In this document: positions 1 to 12,295 of the stretch, one piece after another
Position numbering within the stretch: position 1 is the stretch's first letter
How the letters are laid out: the number at the start of each line of letters is the position of its first letter
NCBI GenBank assembly: GCA_030390025.1
Contig: CM059432.1
Location: 87,732,001-87,796,000 of the forward strand
Source: Squalus acanthias
Lineage: Eukaryota
Direction of reading: 5' to 3'
Length of the DNA stretch: 64,000 nucleotides
Position numbers and translations under genes: made by a program
Notes under the pieces: model-generated
Databases searched by the model: none
What the model was told of the DNA's origin: nothing
What the model saw: only the letters and a program-made list of their open reading frames with translations

Positions 1-1965
1 TTGGCCTCCACAACCTTCTGTGGTAGAGAATTCACAGGTTCACCACCCTCTGAGTAAAGAAATTTCTCCTCATCTCAGTCCTAAATGTCCTACCCCGTAT
101 CCTGAGACTGTGATCCCTCGTTCTAGACCCCCCAGCCAGGGGAAACATCCTCCCTGCATCCAGTCTGTCTAGCCCTGTCAGAATTTTATAAGTTTCAATG
201 AGATCCCCTCTCATTCTTCTAAACTCTAGTGAATACAGGCCTAGTCGACCTAATCTCTCCTCATACGACAGTCCTGCCATCCCAGGAATCAGTCTGGTGA
301 ACCTTCGCTGCACTCCCTCTATGGCAAGTAAGGAGACCAAAACTGCACACAGTATTCCAGGTATGGTCTCACCAAGGCCCTGTACAACTGTAGTAAGACA
401 TCCCTGCTCCTGTACTCAAATCCTCTTGCAATGAAGGCCAACATACCATTTGCCTTCCTAACTGCTTGCTGCACCTGCATGTTTGCTTTCAGTGACTGTT
501 GTACAGGGACACCCAGGTCCCTTTGTAAATCAGCATTTCCTAATCTATCACCATTTAAATAATACTCTGCCTTTCTGTTTTTCCTACCGAAGTGGATAAT
601 TTCACATTTATCCACGTTATACTGCATCTGCCATGTATTTGCCCACTCACTCAACTTGTCTAAATCGCCTTGAAGCCTCTTTGCATCCTCGTCACAACTT
701 ACAATCCCACCTAGTTTCATGCCGTTAGCAAACTTGGAAATATTACATTTGGTTCCCTCATCGAAATCATTGATATATATTGTGAATAGCTGGGGCCCAA
801 GTACTGATCCCTGCCGTACCCCACTAGTCACCGCCTGCCACCCCGAAAAAGACCCATTTATTCCTACTTTCTGTTTCCTGTCTGTTAACCAATTTTCAAT
901 CCATGCCAGTATATTACCCCCAATCCCATGTGCTTTAACTTTGCACACTAACCTCTTATGTGGGACTTTATCAAAGTCCTTTTGAAAATCCAAATACACC
1001 ACATCCACTGGTTCTCCCTTATCTATTCTACCAGTTACATCCTCAAAAAACTCCAGTAGGTTTGTCAAACACGATTTCCCTTTCATAAATCCATGTAGAC
1101 TTTGTCTAATCCCGTTGATATTTTCTAAGTGTCCTGTTATCATAAGAACATAAGAACATAAGAAATAGGAGCTGGAGTAGGCCATTCGGCCCTTCGAGCC
1201 TGCTCCACCATTCAACAAGATCATGGCTGATATTCTGCCTCAACTCCATTCACCGGCCCTATCGCTATATCCCTTGATGCCCTTACTAGTCAGAAATCTA
1301 TCGACTTCTGTTTTGAATATACCCAATGACTGAGCCTCCACAGCCCTCTGTGGTAGAGAATTCCAAAGATTCACCACCCTCTGTGTGAAGAAATGTCTTC
1401 TCATCTCAGTCCTGAATGGCCTACCTTTTATCCTGAGGCTGTGGCCCCTGGTTCTCGACTCTCCAACCAAGGGAAACATTCTCCCAGCATCCACCCTATC
1501 AAGCCCTGTAATAATTTTGTATGCTTCAATGAGATCCCCTCTCATTCTTCTGAATTCAAGAGAATACAGGCCTAGTTTACTCAATCTCTTCTCTTATGAC
1601 AGTCCCGCCATCCCAGGAATCAATCTTGTGAACCTTTGCTGCACTCCCTCTATGGCAAGTATATCCTTCCTTAGGTAAAGAGACCAAAATTGTACACAGT
1701 ACTCCAGGTGTGGTCTCACCATGGCCCTATATAATTGGAGTAAGACTTCTTTACTCCTGTACTCAAATCCTCTTGTAATGAAGGCCAGCATACCATTTAT
1801 GATCCTTTATAATAGACTCCAGCATTTTCCCTACTATTGATGTTAAGCTAACCGGTCTGTAGTTCCCTGTTTTCTCTCTCCCTCCTTTTTTAAATAGTGG
1901 GGTTACATTTGCCACCCTCCAATCTGCAGGAACTGTTCCATAATCTATAGAATTTTGGAAGATGA
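1..1965 (-). mobile_element. CR1 LINE fragment (ORF2 RT region), interrupted at ~1141-1798 by a second CR1 3' fragment
   Basis: ORFs 319-1224 and 32-340 carry CR1 RT motifs (HGFMKGKSCLTNLLEFFE, YLDFQKDFDKVPH, QGSVLGPQLF). 1800-1965 continues the upstream ORF2 (TPLFKKGGREKTGNYRPVSL in reverse complement). Runs off the window start. Confidence 0.93.
1141..1798 (-). mobile_element. 5'-truncated CR1 LINE 3' fragment nested in another CR1
   Basis: (CATAAGAA)n tail at 1141, i.e. (TTCTTATG)n on the minus strand, plus CR1 3' UTR. ORFs 1240-1584 and 1594-1791 are the ORF2 C-terminus (RPHLEYCVQFWS, FFTQRVVNLWNSLP). Confidence 0.92.
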
Positions 1966-2499
1966 TGAGGAGGTCACTGGGCCAAAACCAGCTGCAGGTC
2001 AGTGTGTGCTAAACAATACCTTTTCCTGCCACACCACTTTAAAGGACCAAGGACCAAGCTGACACAGAACTGTCTTTCTCTCATCACTTACTTCATGTCC
2101 TCTCTTTCAGCAGGTCCCACTCAGCGGAGGAAATAGGGGGACAAAGGAGGGCAAGGAGGATGATGATGAGGAGGTAGAAGGAGGTCATTATGTGTGTTAG
2201 ATGATGATCATGATGACCATGATGATGATGATGAGCTTGATGATGGTGATCCCTTCTACCTCTGGCAACCCTGCCCCATCTCCCTTCATTACACTACCTT
2301 CATCACTCACTTTAACTGTCCCATGCATCAGATCAGAGAATTTCAGCTAGAGCTATCTAGATTGTGAGGATGAGGATATTGCACTGGGTGACTCACTGAG
2401 TACAAGGGAGCCAGAAGAATGGGGAATGGATAATAACATGGGCATTCCACGTAAGAGGATATGGAGGTGCCATCATACCTAAGGGTAACACTTTCATCT

Positions 2500-2995
2500 G
2501 AGGAGAATGTTCTATTAAGGATCTCCCTACAAATGTCCCTGGCAGTCGACATGGTAGAGTCCTCCAAGTACTGATTTCCTGATACTGCGCTCCAGTTTCC
2601 TCAGCTTCTGGGCCAGCTCCTCCTACCATCCCATGCCCAGTCCTTACCAAATAATGAAGCTGTGCAGGGCACAGCAAAAAACTACAATGCATGAGACCCA
2701 CGCAGAAGCATATAGCAGTGCGCCTCTAGATCTATCATGGCAGTGAAAGCTTGGCTTCTGAACCACTATAGCCCTGTCAATGGCCACTCTGGTAGATGCA
2801 TGGGTCTTATCAATTCTACTGGTAAGGTTGTTAAGAGTCTTGTCTCAGAGAAACCATCTCAACACTCCTCTGTCTTCCCTGAATAAAGGTGGGTGGTTGG
2901 GGTGCCTTATGAAGATTGTATCCTGACAACTCCTTGCAAATTTGGCATTGACATGCAGTATTTGTTGCAGCTGATCACAGAAAGTTTGAACATTT
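2500..2995 (-). pseudogene. Degenerate PIF/Harbinger transposase C-terminal half
   Basis: Manual minus-strand translation gives NVQTFCDQLQQILHVNAKF...DKTHASTRVAIDRAIVVQKPSFHCHDRSRGALLY...CALH...TARDICREIL. This is colinear with the intact transposase at 39278 (NVQLVCDH...YNESHQATRNIIERTIGVLKQRFRCLDHSGGALQY...CMLH). Confidence 0.75.
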
Positions 2996-5415
2996 TTTTA
3001 TTCATTCCTGGGATGTGGGTGTCACTGGCAAGGTCAGTATTTATTGCCCATCCCTAAGTGCCCTTGCTAGGTGGTGGTGAGCCGCCTTCTTGAACCGCTG
3101 CAGTCCGTGTGGTGAAGGTACTCCCACAGTGCTGTTAGGGACGGAGTTCCAGGATTTTGACCCAGCGACGATGAAGGAACGGCGATATCCAAGTCAGGAT
3201 AGTGTGTGACCTGGAGGGGAACTTGGAGGTGATAGTGTTCCCATGCGCCTTCCAGGTGGTAGAGGTTGTGGGTTTGGGAGGTGCAGTTGAAGAAAGCCAC
3301 AGTATTTATGTGGCTGGTCCAGTTAGGTTTCTGGTCAATGGTGATCCCCAGGATGTTGATGATGGGGGATTCAACAATGGTAATGCCATTGAATGGTAAG
3401 GGGAGATGGTTAGACTCTCTCTTGTTGGAGATAGTCATTGCCTGGCACTTGTCCGGCACGAATGTTACTTGCCACTTCTCAGCCCAAGCCTGAATGTTGT
3501 CCAGTCCTTGCTGCATGTGGGCACGGACTGCTTCATTATCTGAGGAATTGTGAATGGAACTGAACACTGTGCAATCATCAGTGAACATCCCCACTTCTAA
3601 CATTTTGATGGAGTGAAGGCCATTGATGAAGCAGCTGAAGATGGTTGGGCCTAAGACAGTGCCTGAGGAACTCCATGCAGCTTAGATGAATGGCCTCCAA
3701 CAACCACAACCATCTTCCTTTGTGCGAGGTATGACTCCAGCCAGTGGAGAGCTTTCTCCCTGATCCCCATTGACTTCAATTTTACTAGGGCTCCTTGATA
3801 CCACACTCAGTCAAATGCTGCCTTGATGTCAAGGGCAGTCACTGTCACCTAACCTCTGGAATTCAGCTCTTTTACATAAGAGCATAAGAACATAAGAAAT
3901 AGGAGTAGGAGTAGGTCCCTCAAGCCTGCTCCGCCATTCAATAAGATCATAGCTGATCTGATCTTGGCCTCAACTCCACTTCCCTGCCTGTTCCCCATAA
4001 CCCTTGACTCCCGTATCATTCAAAAATCTATCTATCTCCACCTTAAATATATTCAATGACCCAGCCTCCACAGCTCTCTGGGGAAGAGAATTCCAAAGAT
4101 TCACGACCGTCTGAGAGAAGAAATTCCTCCTCATTTCCGTTTTAAATGGGTGCCCCCTTATTCTGAAATTATGTCCCTTAGTTCTAGATTCCCCCACGAG
4201 GGGAAACATCCTCTCTGCATCTACCCTGTCAAGCCCCTTCATAATCTTATATGTTTCAATAAGATCCCCTCTCATTCTTCTAAACTCCAATGAGTATAGG
4301 CCCAACCTGCTCAATCTTTCTTCATAAGACAACCCCTTCATCTCCAGAATCAACCTCGTGAACCTTCTCTGAACTGCCTCCAATGCAAGTATATCCTTCC
4401 TTAAATAAGGAGACCAAAACTGTACGCAGTACTCCAGGTGTGGTCTCACCAACACCCTGTACAGTTGTAACAGGACTTCCCTACTTTTATACTCCATTCC
4501 CTTTGCAATAAATGCCAACATTCCATTTACCTTCCTAATTACTTGCTGTACCTGCATGCAAACTTTTTGTGATTCATGTACAAGGACCCCCAGATCCCTC
4601 TGTACCTCAGCATTTTGTAATCTCTCCCCATTTAAAATAATTTGCTTTATATTTTTCCTACCAAAGTGGATAACCTCACATTTTCCCACATTATACTCCA
4701 TTTGCCAGATTTTTGCCCACTCACTAAGCCTACCTATATCCCTTTGGAGATTCTTTGCATCCGCCATACAATTTGCTTTCCCACCTATCTTTGTATCATC
4801 AGCAAATTTGGCTACATTACACTCGGTACCTTCATCCAAGTCATTAATATAGATTGTAAATAGTTGTTCATGTTCAAGGCTGTAATGAGGTCTGGAGCCG
4901 AGTGGTCCTGGCGGAACCCAAACTGAGCATCGGTAAGCAGGTTATTGGTGAGTAAATGCCACTTGATAGCACTGTCGGTGACACCTTCCATCACTTTGCT
5001 GATGATTGAGAGTAGGCTATGGGGTGCTAATTGGCTGGATTGGATTTGTCCTGCTTTTTTTGGACAGGATATACCTGGGCAATTTTCACTTTGTCGGGTA
5101 GATTCCAGTGTTGTTGCTGTACTGGAACAGCTTGGCTAGACGTGCGGCTAGTTCTGGAGCACAAGTCTTCAGCACTACAACCAGGATGTTGTTGGTGCCC
5201 ATAGCCTTTGCTGTATCCATTGCTCTCAGCTGTTTCTTGATATCACGTGGATTGAATCAAATTGGCTGATGACTGGCATCTGTGTTGGTGAGGACCTCAG
5301 GAGGAGGTCGAGATGGATCATCCACTCGACACTTTAGGCTGAAGGTGGTTGTGAACACTTCAGCCTTGTCTTTGGCACTCACTTGCTGGGCTCCACCATC
5401 ATTGTGGATGGGAGG
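2995..5415 (-). mobile_element. LINE-B (second CR1-group non-LTR family), 5'-truncated, interrupted by a CR1 at 3872-4866
   Basis: MEGVTDSAIKWHLLTNNLLTDAQFGFRQDHSAPDL and MFTDDCTV RT motifs; A-rich 3' tail at ~2995. Same family as 32803-34858 and 46995-48865. Confidence 0.88.
3872..4866 (-). mobile_element. 5'-truncated CR1 LINE nested in LINE-B
   Basis: ORF 3970-4839 (FADDTK, RPHLEYCVQFWSP) and a (CATAAGAA)n tail. The flanks rejoin LINE-B sequence (ggaattcagctctttt / catgttcaaggctgtaatgagg). Confidence 0.93.
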
Positions 5416-5469
5416 TGGGGCCCCTCCCCACAATATGTATATAGGCCCTGCAATCAATTGAGGGACTAA

Positions 5470-5875
5470 ATGAAGAACTCTGTTCTTGATGAATTTGTTT
5501 CATTAAGGGAGCCCTGGATTAGCTATGCCACCTTCTGCACAATGATCTGCCGCCATGTTTAAATAACACAACAGCTCTGTCCTTGGCTGTCAAGGTCAGC
5601 ACACTTTTGAATTTTAATGCCACAGGCACCTTCCAATCTGCAACCAGGGATTTATGCATCATCAACCAGGGCTCTGTCCAAACCCACATTTGACTGGTCA
5701 CCAAAAGCATCTTCAGGAGACCTAGAGAATTCACCCATTTTGGGAAATCTCTAGACAGCAGCATGAAAGATCTATTCTGTTCTATCATGTTGCTGAATTC
5801 CCCAGAGCTCAGGAAGCAATAGGTGGTACCCAGGTTGCACTACGGGCTCCAACTGTACAGCCATTGAACTTGTTA
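5470..5875 (+). pseudogene. Degenerate Harbinger transposase N-terminal half
   Basis: Translation LCHLLHNDL...ALSLAVKVSTLLNFNATGTFQSATRDL...AEFPRAQEAIGGTQVALRAP matches the intact copy (LCHLLQPDL...SLSVAVKVTVALNFYATGSFQ...AGFPMVQGAIDCTHVALRAP). Contains stops and frameshifts. Confidence 0.85.
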
Positions 5876-5879
5876 AAAG

Positions 5880-5996
5880 AAAAAAAAGACTTGCATTTAT
5901 ATAGCGCCTTTCATGACCACCAGACATCTCAAAGCGCTTTTCAGCCAATGAGGTACTTTTTTTTGGAGTGTAGTCACTGTTGTAATATAGGAAACT
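5880..5996 (-). mobile_element. DeuSINE-like SINE 3' end fragment
   Basis: Reverse complement ends ...tgaaaggcgctatataaatgcaagtctttt, the same tail as the SINEs at 11410 and 46225. Confidence 0.75.
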
Positions 5997-6029
5997 GTAA
6001 AGTTATTCCACTCCCTAAATGACAAGTTT

Positions 6030-6155
6030 GGTAGCATAGTGGTTATGTTACTGGACTAGTAATCCAGAGACCTGGACTAATTATCCAGAGACATGAGGTG
6101 AAATTCCAACATGGCAGTTGGGGAAATTAAATTCAGTTAATTAAATAAGCCTGGA
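6030..6155 (+). mobile_element. tRNA-derived SINE 5' head fragment
   Basis: ggtagcatagtggttatgttactggactagtaatccagag... matches the reverse complement of the head of the SINE at 50505-50937. Confidence 0.7.
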
Positions 6156-6164
6156 GCAATAGTG

Positions 6165-8140
6165 GGTTGGCCTGATTCACTTTAATGCTGCCTCACTCTA
6201 CTCGGCTCTCTTTTCCCCCTGGTACGGCTCTCATCTTCGCTCCCTTAAACCCAAGGGACGCAGACTCGAACGGATATGGCGGACAACTGGTTTAGCCATT
6301 CACCGCCAGATCTGGCTGGACCACATAAAGCACTATCGGGCCCTGCTCTCATCTGCCAAAATTGCTCACTATTCCAGAACCCCGGCTCCTATTCTCTATT
6401 GCTAACCGTCTTCTTAAACCCCTCTCCCCTGTCTCCTCCACCCTCACCTCTGATAACAAATGTGAGGAGCTCATGGACTTCTTTGTCTCGAAGATTGAGA
6501 CCATCCATTCAGCTGCCTCTGCCACTTCCACTGGGCCAAACTTCCTTTAGGGTTCCCCCCTGCCCTAGCCCTGAACTCACATCTTTCTCCAGTTTCTCTC
6601 CGATCTCCCCTCATGACATCTCTGCGCTCATCTTGTCCATGAGACCCACCTCCTGCTCCCTCGACCCTATTCTCACCAAACTGCTGACCACCCAATTTCC
6701 TTTTCTGGCTCCCATGTTAGCTGATATTGTTAACGGTTCTCTCTCCTCAGGTACTGTTCCCATCTCCCTCAAATCTGCCGTCATCACGCCTCTCCTCAAA
6801 AAACCAAACCTTGATCCCTCCGTCATGGCAAACTACCGCCCCATCTCCAACCTCCCTTTCCTCTCCAAAGTCCTTGAACGTGTTGTTGCCTCCCAAATCT
6901 GTGCCCATCTTTCCGCAATTCCGTGTTTGAATCCCTCCAATCAGGTTTCCGCCCTTGCCACAGTACCGAAAAAGCTCTCATCAAAGTCACAAATGACATC
7001 CTTTGTGACTGTGACAAAGGTAAACTATCCCTCCTCGTCCTTCTTGACTTGTCTGCAGCCTTTGACACAGTTGACTACTCCATCCTTCTCCAACGCCTCT
7101 CCACCGTCGTCCAGCTGGGTGGGACTGGACTCACTTGGTTCCATTCTTATCTTTCTAATCATAACCAGAGAATCACCTGCAACGGCTTCTCTTCCTGCAC
7201 CAGCATCGTTACCTCTGGTGTCCCCCAAGGATCTATCCTTGGCCCCCTCCTATTTCTCATCTACATGTTGCCCCTTGGCGACATCATCCGAAAACACAGC
7301 GTCAGTTGTTTTCGGTCCCCGCCACAAACTCCGTTCCCTAGCCAATGACTCCATCCCTCTCCCTAACATCTGTCTGGGGCTGAACCACACTGTTCGCAAC
7401 CTTGGTGTCATATTTGACCCTGAAATGAGCTTCCGACCACATATACGCAGAATAACAAAGACCACCTACTTCCACCTCTGTAACATCGCCCGTCTCCGCC
7501 CTTGCCTCAGCTCATCTGCTGCTGAAACCCTCATCCATGCCTTTGTTACCTCTAGACTTGACTATTCCAACGCACTCCTGGTTGGCCTTCCACATTCCAT
7601 CCTACGTAAACTTGAGGTCATCCAAAACTCGGCTACCCGTGCCCTAACTCGCACCAAGTCCCGTTCGCCCATCACCCCTGTGCTCGCTGACCTACATTGG
7701 CTCCCAGTTAAGCAGCGCCTCGATTTCAAAATTCTCATCCTTGTTTTCAAATCCCTCCATGGCCTTCACCCTTCCTATCTCTGTAATCTCCTTCAGCGCC
7801 ACAACCCCCCGAGATATCTGCGCTCCTCTAATTCTGCCCTCTTGAGGATCTCTGATTATAATCGCTCAACTTTTGGTGGCCGTGCCTTCTGTTGCCTGGG
7901 CCCTAAGCTGTGGAATTCCCTGCCTAAACCACTCCGCCTCGCTACCTCTCTTTCCTCCTTTAAGACGCTCCTTAAAACCTATCTCTTTGACCAAGCTTTT
8001 GGTCACCTGCCCTAATTTATCCTTATGTGGATCGGTGTCAAATTATTTTGTCTTAAAATACTCCTGTGAAGAGCCTTGGGACGTTTTACTACGTTAAAGG
8101 CGTTATATAAATACAAGTTGTTGTTGTTGTTGTTGTTGTT
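6165..8140 (+). mobile_element. L2 (LINE-2) element, 5'-truncated, frameshifted ORF2
   Basis: ORFs 6276-8015 and 6923-7348 give L2 motifs NYRPISNLPFLSKVLE, LLDLSAAFDTVD, GVPQGSILGPLLF, SRLDYSNALL, FKTLLKTYLF. 3' tail aggcgttatataaatacaag(TTG)n. Confidence 0.93.
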
Positions 8141-10554
8141 GTCCTCCTCCTCCTCCATCAAGATACCAAAAAGGGAATCCCTTCTGGGAAAGCCATGTTC
8201 CCAACAGTATCCCTTTCAATGGGTGGGATCGAAAATGTGCTGGTGACCAGAGAATCCCTCGCTTTGGCAATTTGAAGTGCAGATTAGCAGCTTCCAAAGC
8301 AAAACAATAGTTCCTGAAAAATGCCGGCAGACCTGAAATAGGCAAAAGTTTTCCATGGATTGGCTCATAACCTGGCTATGCCTGATTTATTTGTGCGTTT
8401 GTTACACTGGCAGAAATATAATCGGAGTATAAATGGCAGGAATTAAGAAATGTGTGAAGGGTAAGATAGCAAGTGGCACATCGCAGCCCAACTGGAAATG
8501 TTGGCAGAAAGAAAAATGGCCGTAACATTCGCGGAAACAGATCCCATCCAAAAATCCAACCTGCAGAATTTTGTTGCGCCCTAAACTCCTATCTCACCAA
8601 AACCAGCGCAGATGTTTGGTTGCAATATATTCGTAAAGTTGTGTAGTCTGCATAACATCAGAATATGAAAGTAGCCTGGGTATAGTTAGCTTAGCACTCG
8701 GTACTATAGTCAATTGGCTGACTACAAAAATTTGCAACCAGTGGCCTTAAACCCTTCCTGTAATTTATTTACTTTTTTATTAATTGATTTCTTGTTAAAT
8801 AAATAATGGCTTCATCAATTACCTTTATCCATGGTGGGTATAAACGGTTACATTTCACTTTCACATTATGGCCTTTTAGTCTCTGAAGTATATTTTACAG
8901 GGTCAATAATGTGAGTGAAAAGTCAATCTGAGAGTAAAACCAATTTTATCCTTGCACCAACATTTACATTCGCATTAGCAACCAAAGGAATATACCCTGA
9001 CATTTTTGATTCCCTAACATGCATGTAAGAGATAGCTGATGGGTAGTCAATTAAACAGTTGTGTAGAGTGAATCTTTCATTTTTACTATAGTAACGTTTT
9101 TTTTAAATCACACTATTTATAATGCACTCAAGTGTGTATTTTGCAAACAATGTACATTGGTTCAATATTTTTAAATGCTGCACATGGCACCCTTAAAATG
9201 TATAAAATTACAGCCTGGATTACTTAAATGAGATTTGCCTCCAAATAATTACTTCCATTATTTTTTTTTTGGTCAACACGTGATAATTCAATCCTGTTTA
9301 GTTTAATCCTATGTGGAAAATACAGGCTGACAATAATTGTGCCAAACGTAACACACTGCTGTCAGCAGTAAGTCAATAGTAACATTAGCATCCATCAGAA
9401 ATAAGTTTCAACATGTTTATCTTGATATGTAGTAATCTTTCTCTACAATGTTCCCTTTGACCACACCAAAACTGTTATAGTGAGGGAAATGTTATAGTTT
9501 TGTGTTCTTCATTGATCTGTAACCACAAACAATGAGTGTTTTATCAGAACTTGTTGCTTCTCACAGAGTATTACGCAGAAGGTGGCTGAACTTTGGTAAA
9601 TCATGTGTTTCTTATTAGTTATCTGTCACTTCAGCTGCTTTCAATGTCACCTTAGCTTGTATGAAATGCTTCCACTTAATTTTTCCGCCTTTTTCAGACA
9701 ACCGTTCAATTGCTTATTGAAAGTTTTGTATTTCCTTAAACATTTCAAACTACGTCAGATGCACCCACTTCTCTGTGAAGTTCACTTAGTTTCGTTACAA
9801 CAGAGTAATAATGAAGATTTGTCCATTGCACAAGCCATTACCACCCACAGGTTTCCTTAACATATGTACCATTAAAGAGAATGTGTTTCACACAAGGCTG
9901 CTTGTTGAAAAGGGTCATTTCATTTACATCCTGCACTTTGTGAGTGAACCCATGGGAGGGAAACTGTCTGAACCCTGATGACAAAGCTTCTCACTGTTAC
10001 CTCTTTAGAAGAAAACACAAAAATTCACCCTGAATAATTCTTAATACCTAGCACTAGCTAACGTGAAATTCAAGTTAACAAATGTTGTCAACAAATTTTA
10101 GTGCAAAATAAATTCATTTCCATATGTGTTTTATCCTATGTATTTATTTATTTTACTTACCAAAATGTTTGAAGAAAGCAGCAATGTAAATTACCATTCT
10201 CACACTCTGCATTGAATTATTTCCAGGGGAAACCTATTTTACCAGATCAAGTTCTATTAATTGAATGTTTAAGCCAAATCAGAGAGCTATAGATTCAGTT
10301 ACCACAAAGATGAAGAAAGTAAATATATTTGACAGTTTAAATTCAGTTTTAGTCTGGCATCTATCCTGACCAGCACCATTGTGATCCTGGATTTCTGCCT
10401 ATTACCATGCTATTACTTTGTTTATTCAACTTTCCCATACCAAAGAACATACCAACAATGGCTCAGCAGTTTAGCCATGTAGTCCTTTGAATATCAAAAG
10501 CTGGATTACTGTTAATAAATAAATTCAAGGTAATTATATTTTATTAACACTATT

Positions 10555-10740
10555 GGATAAATTTTCACCTTCACTGCCTGGGTGGTAATCTAACGCAGTG
10601 AAGTGAATTGTCTGCCTGTTGTAGAATCTGCCTGATTTTCATTCCACAAAGGAGGAATGAAAATCGTGTGGCTTCTACAATGGGCAGGTAATCCGCTCCA
10701 CTAGATTACCACCCAGGCAGTGAAGACAAAAAAAATCCTA
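10555..10740. mobile_element. Palindromic MITE-like element
   Basis: Perfect 24-bp inverted repeat 10569-10592 / 10702-10725 (CTTCACTGCCTGGGTGGTAATCTA) plus an inner stem (gattttcattcc/ggaatgaaaatc). Related copy at ~30440-30600. Confidence 0.75.
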
Positions 10741-11407
10741 TAATATGTTTCTTTTCCTTTTAAAACATTCCATTTCCCCCCCCAAAAAATCTGTCAACAA
10801 TATATTAGATATTTGAATTCTACTTTATAAATTATTCCTGCCTGATTTTCTCGCCTTCCTTCCTTCCTCTCCTGAAGGCAATGAGTTCCTTCCTGGGGTA
10901 CGGTTGCATTTGAGAGTGGTTGTCCTCCAGAACCTTGCCCAAGTTGCCATTATGCATGTGTGAGTTTCAGCATATTATCCAACTGCAGAGGACATCAAGC
11001 GAAACCTGATTTAGTCTCACGTGATATGCACACTCCTGGCAGTGAGCCTGTGTAGCGATCCAAAGTAGAAAACGTAACCAATTTTCCCAAGGATGTTGTG
11101 GATAAATTACCTGTCTGAAATCAGGTAACTCAGCACAGATCACCGATGCAACTTATGTTAGTTTAGAAGAACTGAAAGTATCCTTTGCTTGAAGATGGTT
11201 ATTACATTGTGACTAAAAAGTTACAAAAAAACTTGTTATGAATATATTTGTGTATGCATTTAGTTATCTATTTGATATAAGCCAAAAGAAAACTAACTAT
11301 AGAAATCTTAAACTTTCCTTTCTACACCAACTCTCAAGCCAGCTCTCTAACTGGCCCCGTATGTGACACTGGGAGTAACCCTGAGATTATTAACTTTGAA
11401 TGTAATT

Positions 11408-11813
11408 CTTGGCTCAATAGTAGCACTCGTACTTTGAGTCAGAAGGTCATGAGTTCTAGTCTCATTCCAGAGATTTGAACACATAATCTGGGTTGACACT
11501 TCAGTGCAGTACTGAAGGGATACAAAGTTAAACCGAGGCCCCGTCTGCCCTCTCAGGTGGATGTAAAAGATCCCGTGACACAAAGAAGAGCAGGGGAGTT
11601 CTTCTTCCAATTGTCCTGGCCAATTTTTATCCCTCAACCAATATCACTAAGGACAGATTATCTGGTTATCACATTGCTGTTTGTGGGACCTTACTGTGCA
11701 CAAATTGGCTGTTGCGTTTCCTACAGTACAATAACTACGCTTCAAACGTACTTCATTGGCTGTGGGATGTTCTGAGGTCATGAAAGGTGCTATACAAATG
11801 CAAGTTCTTTTTA
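11408..11813 (+). mobile_element. DeuSINE (SacSINE1/AmnSINE-like), near full length
   Basis: tRNA-like head, Deu-domain-like core (aaaccgaggccccgtctgccctctcaggtggatgtaaaagatccc...gaagagcaggggagtt...tgtcctggccaa) and an L2-like tail aaaggtgctatacaaatgcaag. Confidence 0.82.
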
Positions 11814-11814
11814 A

Positions 11815-11945
11815 TGTCCTGCTTTTTTATTCTGACAACTAACTCTTGAAACTCCTTTTGCACGACCTCCATTTTTCTCTTTCCTGTGTCATTGGTTTTA
11901 ACGTGAACCACGACATTAGAATCACGTATAACTATCATTTGCCTT
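11815..11945 (-). pseudogene. CR1 ORF1 esterase fragment
   Basis: IVIRDS...VVHVKTNDTGK...EFQEL resembles the CR1 ORF1 esterase (IVIGDS...VHIGTND...EFREL). Confidence 0.6.
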
Positions 11946-12225
11946 TTCTTAATAGTACTATCACTTTTCCCTTGGAGTCTTGATTTTGCTTGAGATTTCC
12001 TTCCTTTGTATGACTGTCCTTATCTGTAACATAGGTAATCAGCATTGTTTACATGTCGGATAATTTCAAACCCCTAAGCATTGCCTGCAGTGCATCTACA
12101 TGAGTCCTCCTTCCTTCCCTAGAAGCTGGTCACCCATGGGACTGGTGGGAGGGGAACAATGCAAGGGCAATCCCATGGAACTGAATCAAGGGGAGAGATG
12201 GTGGACAAGGATAGATGGTGATGTT

Positions 12226-12295
12226 CACAGAATCACAGAATCACAGAATCCCTACAGTGCAGATAGAGGCCATTTCGGCCCATCGAGCCCATGTT
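12226..12295 (-). mobile_element. Short CR1-type 3' tail fragment
   Basis: (CACAGAAT)n followed by ggccatttcggcccatcgagc, as in the CR1 3' ends at 56750 and 54300. Confidence 0.6.

Noticed and set aside
319..1224. The 301-aa ORF as a single gene
   Set aside because: It is chimeric: the N-terminus comes from the 3' UTR/tail of the nested CR1 read into the host CR1 RT.
6276..8015. The 579-aa ORF as an intact protein
   Set aside because: The middle is out of frame with the L2 RT (the true motifs are in 6923-7348) and the catalytic YADD region is deleted.
10840..11150. Possible old SINE-like repeat on the minus strand
   Set aside because: No second copy in the window and no clear promoter boxes or boundaries.
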